A stretch of 59,132 nucleotides of DNA, counting the filler, from Sphacelaria rigidula (lineage: Eukaryota), in NCBI GenBank assembly GCA_964200075.2. It is 6 parts of 6 records of this genome, joined end to end, with 100 filler letters (N's around TTAATTAATTAA, not from the genome) between each part and the next. Parts side by side here need not be neighbours in the genome. Positions count along the whole stretch, not along the records: positions 9,874 to 19,646 come from CAXNAA020007794.1; positions 19,747 to 29,518 come from CAXNAA020007795.1; 4 more parts are not named here. One strand, given 5' to 3'. Under the pieces are notes generated by a model, which was not told the origin of the DNA, ran no database searches, and saw only the letters and a program-made list of their open reading frames with translations. The stretch's first letter is position 1, and each line of letters opens with the position of its first letter. Shown here one piece after another: positions 12,866-23,960 of the stretch. Made by a program: the position numbers and the translations under genes.

Positions 12866-13274
12866 TAGAGCTCGGAAATGGTTTGTCTAGCCATTAACCA
12901 GTTGAATGACTGCGTCGCACAACCATTAACCAGTTAAATGGTAAATGATGGTTTGGTTATCGAGCAGCGCAGCCGCGAGCCAAAAATCCCCCCCAGCCTA
13001 GGGGGGCCCGCCGTAGCCGCCCCCGGAGAGGCCCGCTGGAGGAGCCCTGCCGGAGGCGCGTCTTCACGTGATTTGGGCTCGCTAGAGCTAAAAAAACGTT
13101 GAATTTGGGCCAGTTCTCAAGGGCTGTATGTAGCGTACGCAGCCGGTAACGGCTTATGAAGCCGACAAGGATTAATGGTTTGGAACCATTATCCGAATTT
13201 TTCATATTATCATTACCGTTATTCCCATTATAATGATGATGGCCAGTTATAACTGGTACCATTTCCGAGCTCTA
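12866..13274. mobile_element. hAT-type MITE (409 bp)
   Basis: Perfect 17-bp TIR TAGAGCTCGGAAATGGT; TSD TCGATTAT/TCGATTGT. Confidence 0.85.
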
Positions 13275-13812
13275 TCGATTGTACTACTTGCTGAAACGCT
13301 ATGCTATTTATGCTATCGAGGTGGAATTATGCCAAAACGTTTGCTACAGTGCAGTACCGTGCATCTCGTCACCTACATTTCAACACAAGTCAATAATATC
13401 CGCGACATCCACACCGCTCCTTTCTATACACAGCAAAACAAGTGCAATCTCGTGGCAGTTGATACACACGCACTCTGACTCTAGCTATTAACATTCACAC
13501 GACGCGAATTTGCACAACGAAAACCATTATATCGAAACATGCCGAGACAACCCTCCTGTACGCGCCTGGACATAATCCCATGCTGTAAAGCTCGGGAAAA
13601 TAACGTGAGCACTTGTTTTCAGAGCAGTGAACAGACACGACTGCGGCTCACACGACAACATTGCCCATGATGGAACTCAAATGTACGCCTGGACAAGACT
13701 TTCAGGTTGGTGTCGCCCATCACTTATCTCATACATGACAAGGCTGTTTCTACATGGTATGTAAGCCGAAGTCCAGCACAGACGTGGAACAGAGGCGTTT
13801 CTTTTTTCGACA

Positions 13813-13834
13813 TGGGTGGTGTTGAGTAAACACC
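13813..13834 (-). promoter_or_regulatory. Histone mRNA 3' stem-loop
   Basis: GGTGTT-TACTC-AACACC followed by ACCCA, ~77 nt after the H1 stop codon. Confidence 0.7.
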
Positions 13835-13910
13835 AGGGTTGGATGACCGCCAGCTGGGCGCGTTGGGGATGGGAGATGGGGATGAATATGTCCGCAGTCA
13901 CGGTGGAAGC

Positions 13911-14252
13911 TTAGGCGGCCGGCTTGGGGGCAGCCTTCTTAGAAGTGGCCTTCTTGGCGGCGGTCTTCTTCACGATATTTTTCTTGGGCGTGGCGGTCTT
14001 TTTTTTCACGGCCTTCTTGGAGGTGCCGGCAGGCTTCTTAGTCACAGTCTTCTTCTTGACGACCTTCTTTTTGGGGGTGCCGTCCGCCTTCTTGGTTGAG
14101 GTCTTCTTGACGACTTTCTTTTTCACAACTTTTTTCGGGGTCTTCTTCACTACCTTCTTGACGGGCTTCTTCACCACCTTCTTCGCGACTTTCTTCTTGG
14201 GCTTCGGCGCCGGCTTCTTTGCCTCGGCCGACAGCTTGTACGAGCTCTTCAC
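13911..14252 (-). CDS. H1: Linker histone H1, 3' exon (end of globular domain plus Lys-rich tail)
   Basis: CAG|VKSSYKLSAEAKKPAPKPKKKVAKK...KPAA*; the VKxSYKL wing motif and K/A/P/V tail are typical of H1; 5' exon not found in this contig. Confidence 0.85.
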   Translation of the reverse strand: MKSSYKLSAEAKKPAPKPKKKVAKKVVKKPVKKVVKKTPKKVVKKKVVKKTSTKKADGTPKKKVVKKKTVTKKPAGTSKKAVKKKTATPKKNIVKKTAAKKATSKKAAPKPAA

Positions 14253-14694
14253 CTGGTGGCGCCATTCGAAACAAAACCAGATGAGTATTAGGAGCTTGTT
14301 GAGAACGCGGGTGTACCAAGCTGAAATGAGTAAACCGTCACCATGAAGCTGTACAGAACCATGTAGAGGTGCTCGACGGTTGGCACAAACTGCTGAAGTC
14401 TCACTCTGGGTGACTCCGCAAAAAATCGAAATCCAAATTGGTTCACAAATAAGGATACAGCACCGGTGGAGAAAACACTTCAGATACGCTCGATTCTGGC
14501 CCACGACGACCGGAAGCTGACAACAATCATAGCCAACTGAAGGACTTCAAACGCGGATCATCCAAGTTCACCTGCGTATCGTTTCTTCTTGTATGCTTAG
14601 ATGTGCGGAAAGTAACATTACAATGCCAGTTTCCGCAAAACAGTACAGCACAAAACGGTGTCAAAATCGCACACTTCGGGGCAGGGGACTTGAA

Positions 14695-15245
14695 AAAATT
14701 CCACACCCTGGATATCACGTGATCACTCGTTGTAACAGACGAGAAATGTACTGCGTTAAGTATCGGCGTATTGCACCTAGTGCCGGCGCAGCATCACGTA
14801 CAAGACAGTTACACTGGAATGAGCGCAGATCCACAGATGGCCTAACTCCTATAATATGTAGTGATTTTGATCGGGCGCATTCGGTTCCGTCTAGGTCAAG
14901 CATCAACTTATGTGTGAGCACTGTGAAATTTCACACCCTGTACACTAAATGGTCGAAAGTTCTTGCAGACGAGAAATGTGCTGCGTTAAGTATCGGCGTA
15001 TTGCACCTAGTGCCGGCGCAGCATCACGTACAAGACAGTTACACTGAAATGAGCGCAGATCCACAGATGGCCTGACTCCTATAATATGGAGTGATTTTGA
15101 TCGGGCGCATTCGCCCACACATACGTTGATGCTTGACCTAGACGGAACCGAATGCGCCCGATCAAAATCACTACATATTATAGGAGTAAGGCCATCTGTG
15201 GATCTGCGCTCATTCCAGTGTAACCGTCTTGTACGTGATGCTGCA
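14695..15245. repeat. Tandem duplication (~230-bp unit) plus an inverted third copy
   Basis: 14695-14920 ~ 14925-15112; 15114-15245 is the reverse complement of the unit's 3' half. Confidence 0.85.
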
Positions 15246-15853
15246 TGCCCTCATCTGATGGGCGCACATTTGAAGCTTTTGACCAAACTGGCGTACGGGG
15301 AAAAATTTCACGCCGTCTTTGAGGTGTTGGGACTGCGAAAATCGGAAGTATCTTCATTATTTTCAGGGTTCGGACGAGCAAAATCGTGGTCCATTTCATA
15401 TGCAACATTCCTAGCGTATGATTCGTGCGGTACACTGACGAATGTAGACATTTCCTCACTCCACACCATCTGTCTGATGACAGTACAGGGGGTACGGTAT
15501 CAATCGGGCGTGCAGACAGCACCGAATCCTGGCGGCCTCATCATGATTCTTTGCCCGGTGATGGATGGAAGGCTCAACGAAACACAGCTAAGAAGCATTG
15601 AATAGGCCCCGTCATAGATACGAGGGTGTGGCTGAACGTTCCCGCTCCAACTCGCTCGACAGTGTCGGTTCAGCTTTTGTCGCTCGCGCCATGGGGCGCT
15701 TTGGCAACGACCCTTGCGGGCGCACATTGGAAACGGGCAACGTCCCCCTACAGGCAGTACACACCCTAGCGCCCGCACACTTGGGTAGAGAATTTAAATC
15801 GTACCCAATCTACCCAAACTGGGGAAGAGGATCTCAGATCGTACCCAACATAC

Positions 15854-16727
15854 CACGGTTCGGACGAATCAGAGTTCACACGGGTTGACTCCCCATGAAT
15901 ATTGAATGCGATTCATGTACAAAAAAGTCATGCGGTATGATTGAACCACCGATGGGAAAGTCGTACATTCAACGTAATACCACACGAATCACGAACTGGA
16001 CATGTCATCACTTCAAGTAGTATCAGACGAGTCAAGCGTGGAAAATATGTATGATTCGCACTTTCGGTGTGAACCATGGGTGGGAAATATGCACACTCGA
16101 GCTTGATTCATCTCGAATGGATGTAAGGAGGAGAACGTGCACGTACCATTAATTAAATGCTACATGAACGGAAATCGATGAGCATGCACGTGTGATTCAC
16201 CTCGAAGGGATGCAAGGCGGAGAACGTGTACGAATGATTCCACGGTTAGCACGAACCATCACGACTATGAATCACCAACTCCACGACTTCTTCGGCCTGA
16301 TTGCCCAAAAGGGAGAAAAAGGTTGACCGCTGGTCCAAGGGGTATCCAGGCAACTTTTGCGCCATTCCACGTGTCTCGGCTGCGTGTACCTATGCTGCAA
16401 CGCTGAAAACAAAGTCTAGGGATTGATTCGTACGAGACGAATCAATTACATTAAAATCAATTAATTTCCAGACGAATCGTTTCTTATCCGACCCTTGAAT
16501 GATGCCTGCTCCATGGATGAAAGGGGAGATACATAATTAGGAAAGACGTAACTATGATTCACACCATACGAATGGGAAGGTATGAAACCTGCACCTTTGA
16601 CGGTGTGCCGCACGAATCACGAACCCAACAAAACATGTACAAGTCACGACTTATGTACGAATCGTATGATTGATTCGTCCACATGTAAAACATAAATCAG
16701 GTCACGAATGTATTCGTCCGAACCGTG
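15854..16727. mobile_element. hAT-type MITE family E (874 bp, contains a nested copy)
   Basis: TIR CACGGTTCGGACGAAT; perfect TSD CAACATAC. Confidence 0.88.
16241..16497. mobile_element. hAT-type MITE family E (257 bp), nested in 15854-16727
   Basis: Ends CACGGTTAGCACGAA / TCCGACCCTTG; TSD AATGATTC/AATGATGC. Confidence 0.7.
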
Positions 16728-16939
16728 CAACATACCCAATCCGGTAGGGTAGTGAGGTCATAGCCAAGTGATGCACTACACCCAGGTATTGCTGAGAGTG
16801 CTTACCCAATATTTTTGTAGTATTTGAGGCCGAACCGGATCTGCCCAAAACTCAGGTAGAGTACTGAGACCATACCCAGGTGATGCTCTGTACCTAGGTA
16901 CTGCTGAGGGTGCTCACCTAAAAATTGGGTGGAGTATTT

Positions 16940-19129
16940 CAGGGGTCTACACGTTACACGTGCCACAGCGTTACACGTTACGATTTGGCCGAAACATAAC
17001 GTGAACGTTAAAAAACAATTACGTGATGAACGTAATGTTTACGTAACGTTGGAATTTCAAATGAAACGTTCACTTAGCGTTAAATTTTTCAACGTGACGT
17101 ACGTGAACGTTTCATTACCCAAACGTTGAAATCATGTCATATGAAACTTTCCATGCAACGTGTAACGGCTATTACACGTTAAACGTGCATTAGACGTTAC
17201 ACGTTACACGCAACGTTATATGTTACGTTACACGTTACATGAAACGTCATGAACACGCCACATGCAGTGGTGAATCTTCAAGTTTGCAATGAATTAAAAA
17301 ATCCTGGAAGATGGTGCTTATGGTATAGGTATGGTACTATTGCAAGAATTTCGCGCTCTCCCCACTACACGTCACAACGGCCGGCCGCACATCATAATCA
17401 TAACATCATGATTATCTCGACCACATTCAAGGCTACTTCTCATGTGTAAAGAACACGTTGTCAGAAAAGACGTTTCTCAACAGTGCGATTTACTACATGA
17501 TTCTTCAAACTAGCCTTCCTCACGTAATCGACGCGGTGTCAAAATTGGAAATGCAGTGCTCGTCGTTTTTCATGACGTGTGCAGGTATAATTTCGAATTT
17601 TGGGGCGCGCGAAATAGACGCAGCACTCTGCTGTCGTGTCGTGGTGTACGGTCCGTACTGACTGTCTGTACTACAGTTGTGATACATCGGCTGAGCAATA
17701 CATGGTGGACTGCGTGACGAAGACGATCAATAAGAACACCGCCTTGCTGTACTGACTGTAGGAGTGACGGTTGCGCTTTTTACTGCACGGTAGTACTTGA
17801 CTGAAAGGAAAGCACGGACAAGAGTACATACAACAACAGTACTGTATTGTATGCCTTGGCTGTAAACTTTTTCGTGAGATTTAGAGTAGAGCGCTGATTG
17901 AAAGTGGCTCTATTCTTTCGCTCCAACTCCGCCAATTATTCAATCCGTGTGCGCTTTTTCTCCCCTTCATCACTGGCTTGTGCTTAAAGCTAGACGTCGA
18001 TATCCTACTCAAGGATATCAAGGGCCTCAGTGGCAAGGTACTACAGGAAGCATATTGGGCCTCGTGGAGGGGCATTTCGGAACTGAAACGGGTAATTCAG
18101 TCATTGATCGCCTTTCACTCTCAATCGTATCCTCTACTCCCAGTCTCACAAAAGCCTTGTTTGTAGTGACGGCTTGGCTGCCATCATCACTACTGTCGCT
18201 GGTGATCGCGGGCAGTCAGCGTTTTGCTTCATGTCCTTCGCTCGCCAGTAGCGTGATGGCCCTTACCCCTTTCCCCCATGAGAACAAACTCGGCAGGGTC
18301 CATGACGAGTGCTGTTAGACACCCTGTGTGTAGGTTGGTTGAACAGCTATGTACCTCAGTTCATGTCTGCATGCCGCGTGTTGCAAACAGCACTCGAATG
18401 CAGTACAGACTGCCCAAGCACCCAAGCCCCGTAGACACTACAGCAGTAGGACTACTGCTTATACTGTGGTGTTGTGTGTACGATCAGTGCAATCCTGTCT
18501 CTACAAGTCTTGGGTGCATGGGCAGTCTGTACTGCATCACGAGTACTGTTCGCATCACGCTGCATGCACAGACCTGAAATGCGAGCTACAATACTGTCTG
18601 TGCAAACTACACGCAGTGTTTGTACAGCACTCGTCATCGACCCTGCCCTGTGCCGTTCTCATGGGGTAAAGAGCTACCATGATACTGGCGAGCAAAAGGA
18701 CAATGAAGTAACGTGCTGACTACCCACGAGCACCAGCGACAGCAGTGGTGATGGTAGCCAAGCCACCCATGGCTGCTGTCGTGGGCTGGAGGGTGTGTTG
18801 GCGTGCGGCGGGATTTTAAACGCGTTTTTTGATCACACAAGAAGTGGGTTATAAGAAAACGCACTGTTTTAGAGTGTTCTTCGTGCATGAGAACTAGCCG
18901 ACGAGTCACCGTCAGCGTCACGTACACGGTAACATCACGCGTTGAACGACACGTTACAACGCCTCTAACACTGGTGAATGAGTTGCGACATGCACAGAAT
19001 GAAACGCTACATTCGAACGCTACACGTGTCGAACTAACGTGATATTAGACGTTACACGTGACATTGAAACGTTTCATATTACGTTACATGTAATGAAACG
19101 TAACGTGGACGTGAACGTGTAGACCGCTG
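16940..19129. mobile_element. Non-autonomous hAT element (2.19 kb) with ACGTTAC subterminal repeats
   Basis: TIR CAGGGGTCTACACGTT / AACGTGTAGACCGCTG; TSD GAGTATTT/GAGTTTTT. Confidence 0.85.
17864..18161. mobile_element. MITE family B, nested in 16940-19129
   Basis: Colinear with 6799-7098. Confidence 0.8.
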
Positions 19130-19416
19130 GAGTTTTTGAGATCGTACACAACCTGCTCCAAATTTGGGTGAAGTATTTGAGTCTGTACCTAATCTATGGA
19201 ATCTATTCAATCTACCCAAACCTTGGGTAGAAAACATTCTCAGGTGTTACCCGAGTATTTAAAACATAACCTACCCGACCTGCCTTCAAAGAACTGACAC
19301 TCTGGACAATAGAGACAATAATAGTTCATTGCTTGAGCAATAGACATCGGGACAAATATATCGATATATATTATCGAACACGATAGATGTTGAAACACAT
19401 CTTTGATATGTATTGC

Positions 19417-19570
19417 AAGGGGCAACAGAGGTCGCCCAGGAGGGTCAACACAAGAGGTTTTTTCCTAATGTGTTTGTAGTACTCCATCTTTCTTCTGCGG
19501 TGCTTGCCTTTATTTTTCATCACGAGAGGGGTTCAGCAGCACCTTTTCTTCGTCGACAGTTGAGTCGAAT
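19417..19570 (-). mobile_element. SINE family 1 internal fragment
   Basis: Matches 12355-12500. Confidence 0.7.
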
Positions 19571-20233
19571 ATACTGCTGTCGCGTATTCAACGAGACGGG
19601 GATAGCACAAACATATAAAATGATGCTAGGAGAGGACGGGGGGTATNNNNNNNNNNNNNNNNNNNNNNNNNNNNNNNNNNNNNNNNNNNNTTAATTAATT
19701 AANNNNNNNNNNNNNNNNNNNNNNNNNNNNNNNNNNNNNNNNNNNNTAAAAAAGAAAAAAAAAAAAAAAAAAAAAAACGACACCCATTAAAAAAGCCGGG
19801 GTGGGGGGGGGGGGGGGGGGGGGAGGCGCTCCGTGTCCAAATTTTCTCTCGACAAGCCCTTGAAAAAATAAAACAAAAAACACAAGAAAAATCATGACAA
19901 TTTTCGAAAAATTGCCCTCCGGGGCGGGAAGGGGGGGGCTCCGTGTCCGAAAATTTGATCTCTTCAGACCCTTGCACACATCTGTAATTTTCGCCTCTTC
20001 ACTACTGCTTCACTACTGGAGTGAGAACAATTCGGCGGCAGCCTCGCGCTGTCGCACTCTGTTGGCAACAAACGCAAAAATCTTGCTACAATCTTGTCAG
20101 CGAGAACACAACATTCAGCATTACCAAAAACTGTCCACATGCATTGGTACGTACGTGCGAGACGATTGGCTATCTCATTTGTGCTGACGCAGCTCAGCAA
20201 AATAAGGTGCATGATGGTACATGCCCATGCAAT

Positions 20234-20608
20234 CTAAACTTGTAAGTTGCAGCAGGATCCACGCGGCATGCCTTCGCTCGTTGGGTCCAATAAGGCGTTT
20301 GAACTACGAGGAAGATATTCCTTGCGCAGTTCAAACTTCCTCCGACGTAGCGCCAACACACGATGGGTGAAGGTTTGCGAGGCGTCAATCATGCATGGAG
20401 GGCGCAGCTACATCAATATTCCATAGAAAGCCGTTGTTGGGCCATCACTGCAACGTGTGAAGTGGAAAATATGCAATGCTGGCGTAAACTATAGACCGCA
20501 CGCACCGGGTAGCCTTGAACATGGTGACACCCACCGCATGAAAACCCCCGCACAACAGAGTCGTCGTTTAGCCTTGGTTGAGCCAGAGCCCAACAGAGTA
20601 TATGCAAC
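20234..20608 (-). CDS. Possible last two exons (20608-20506, 20407-20234) of an unidentified gene
   Basis: Phase-compatible CAG/GTGCGT and TAG sites give LHILCWALAQ...CGGCHHVQGYP|LRPPCMIDASQ...CCNLQV*; no recognisable family. Confidence 0.3.
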
Positions 20609-23600
20609 CTGCGTTTCAAACGACGTCGAGAATGAATGTGTTCGCGAAAGCTGGTTTCTTCTTTGTAGAATCCGAGGTAAATGTCATTCATGTTTTCCCT
20701 ACAACGTACAATCTGCGCACCCCAAGCTTAAATATGTATATATATATAAATATACACACACAAACAAACGGGATAGGTATTCTGGAGTATCATGCATAGG
20801 AACATGGCAAACTGGACCGAGGTACTGGACAAACCCGAATGGCAAAGCCCTCACAGTGCGAGCTTCTCAAGAAACTAGATGCACCTGTGGATGTGGTCCA
20901 GTCGGCGCGAGCGAAATGAGCCGAGGGGCGCCAAGTACTGTAGAAGAAATGAGTGAATATTGAGTCAAGAAAACGTCATGTGCCTTCACCCCGTGTACCT
21001 GTCCTGGGCCGACCTAAAGCTTGAATTTGGAAGTGTGCACTGCTCAGCGGTTCGAGCTGTGTAGCTCGTGATACTGTGTAAGTGAACAGTCAACGTCTAC
21101 TGCCGGGTATGCACGTCAACCCGTGGTGTTCCACTCGTAGGGCGAAGCTCCACGTTAATTCTGTGGTCAGAACCCAAATAAGGCGTGGTACAATACTCAT
21201 ACAGTCCTGCTATGCTGCATGGACGTGGTGAAGAGAAATTTCTGCCTCATGGACAGGGTACACTGACGAGAAACGTCTATATCTTGATCTCGTAACATCT
21301 TTGTATGCGTCGACTGTGTCCGACCCCTCAATTCAGCCCAGAGTATCTTACCGGTGTACAAGGCAACACATACAGAACTATACAGTAGTGCAGATTCTCA
21401 TTTTGATTATGGTATCTCCGGATACAAGCTGTGCAAGAGGGGCAGTCGGATCCCAGCTGAGAGATCTATCAGAGTCGCCGAAAACAAGCAGACAGCACGT
21501 AGACTGCAGACAAGACTGACGAAACGTATCCAAACGGAAAAGTTAGAGGATGACAATTTTGGGACGTACAGGCGAACGAAGATGAATAAAGATCGTGTGA
21601 AGGACGTCTGGTTACGTAATAATAGATTCAACAGTAGTGTACAGCACATACACCTGAGTGAAATAAACATAGCATTGAGGATTGGAACCTGCATATCAAG
21701 ATACATAATCCCGCCGTCAACAACGTTTATGAACGATTGAGGCACGCCACGCGCCTGGCCCAAAGTCGCAGCCATGATCAAACGAGAAGAAATGCCATCC
21801 TGGTCGAATCAACAAACACCATCTACGGGTCTTGTATATTGACACGCAAATGTGGGTACGAATAAGATCAAATGGGATATGATCTACGCTACAGTCCACG
21901 CCTGTGCTAAGATAGAGAGCATGGTTCCTGTAGTAGCTACGTGGCGGCATTCTTGCTGCAAATCGGCTTATGCGGCGTCTATTACTAGCGGATTTTACTT
22001 CCAGCGGTACCGCTGCGTTTCTATCTTCAGGAAACGAGGAGGGAATGTCTTGCTGCGGCAGCGGCAACGTGCGAATCGCTGCGCTTGGAATGAGGCAAGG
22101 TGAGGGTACATATGCAAGGGTTGTTGCCTAGTGCTGCGGCTTTACCAGTACGGTACAGCATAGTACAGTGGATTATGCGCCTACATTCATCAACTCATCT
22201 CCCATGTCACTGGCACAGAGAGTTGTGCCAGCCTTCTGAGCATTGTAGCGATTCGCCGACACCATGGTGTAGTCCGTTCGTTGAGGTAACCATTGCGCTC
22301 AGAGGGCTTGCTCGCCGCGCACGTGACATGACCAAGCACAACCTCGCCAAGGTACGGAGATCCTATTCCATGTCAATAATGTTTTCTAACTTGTCTACAT
22401 CTCAGTATGACGTTGATATGATCCTGGTCGTGCGGGTATCTGCAATGCTGACAGGCAACTGGAGATCTCCATACGGATGATAGCACCCCCTATGACAAGT
22501 CCCGTAGTCTCGTTTTTTTCTCAACGTGCGGCTCGCGACGAGGTCGTCAGAATCCCTCATCAAAATCTTTCGATCAAGGGTACAACATATGTTGATACAC
22601 AACCTAATCGAGGTTTCAAACGCATCACCCACGGGGTGTCATACCCCGTCACATTTTTGTGGAGCGAAGCAGTCGGGTCGACAGGTAGAAGCATGGTCAT
22701 TTCCGGCGACGTCTCATCATTATTAGATCGGATATCGCGATACCCGTTGGATATCTGTTTTTCGACAAACAGAATTTGAGCACAGTTGGTTGCAACGGCG
22801 GTTGGTATTCCTTGTGCATTCATTTTGTATCTGTAATACCCGTACACGTGTGTAAATTTCACCCCGACATGAATAACACCCCCGGGCGATATTGCAATGT
22901 AAGCCGCCCTCGGAAAGGAATCGACATCTGTTGACTCGAGGTGAAGGCCAAAGTAAAAAAAATCATATGTAGCAAGTGGAATCTACCGTAGCAACCGTGC
23001 GCTCGGCGCTATCGCGCCGCCGATATTCCGTGACACTCGATCAATCGAGAATCAAATCACTGGCTTTGGCTTCGTCGTTTTCTTGACGCCAAAAAGTTTG
23101 CTACGAGCAAAGTGAGTAGTGTGAAAGGTGCTGAAGTAATCCGTGCTTATTGGGAGTGGGACTGCTTCTTGTGGGTTCTATCGTATTCATCGAATGAAGA
23201 TTTCGTTGTTTTTATGTGTGAGTAGTTCAAGTGTGAAGATATTGAACAAAAAGTACATCTACAGTACGGGCATATACACAAGAAGTATGCATGATACACG
23301 CAGTACACCAAAACATTTGAAGACGTCGTCATAGATGGGTACTAAGCACGTTAGTGCGACATTTTTTATATAAAAAACGGTGTGTGCTGTGCTGTGGTGG
23401 CTATGTTGTTTAATGGAGAGAGGGGCACATTGTCTCGTGGACATGATACGGAGAGAAATTTCTTCGTGTCCCGAGAACCGCTGCCAGACGTTGCTTTTCA
23501 AACGATCTGATATGTCTCGAATATAATGACGGAAGCACAACGAATTATGTATGCATTTTCTGTGATCCCGGGTCATGGTCATGCCGAATCATCACATTAT

Positions 23601-23960
23601 CCAGGGCGATCGTAAGGCACATGACCAGTGCTACACCGGATGTGCTCCGGAAGGAAGACGGCAACAGCCGCGCGACCATGCTCGCGTCTCTTCCCCCGGG
23701 GAATACTGTAGGAAGACTGCCGCACTCATCGTCTCACTTGAATATTTCGTTCTCAAGCTCCATACCGGCACCATATTCATCAAGCCTCAGAAGACAGGTG
23801 TTCGTCTCTGTCCTGCTAACAACGATATGGGACAATACTGGGAAATGGTAGGACAACATATACTCCCCATGGTGCTCCTATATCTCAGAATGCAGTAGAC
23901 GCATGTTTGACCGCAACCTCGCCATGATTGTGATTCATACCCTTTTTCGCGTTCACGCAG

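Larger units (their letters stand above)
15775..19290. mobile_element. hAT-type element family F (TACCCAA repeats), fragmented by nested insertions
   Basis: TACCCAA/TTGGGTAGAGTATT repeats at 15780-15853, 16736-16939 and 19138-19290; right end CCTACCCGACCTGCC matches the 55601-56882 TIR. Confidence 0.7.

Noticed and set aside
14253-14504. N-terminal 84 aa of the 197-aa H1 ORF
   Set aside because: No H1 similarity; intronic read-through upstream of the CAG acceptor.
15470-15500. Hammerhead ribozyme at CTGATGA (also at ~52159 and ~56237)
   Set aside because: No stem II with a downstream GAAA core.
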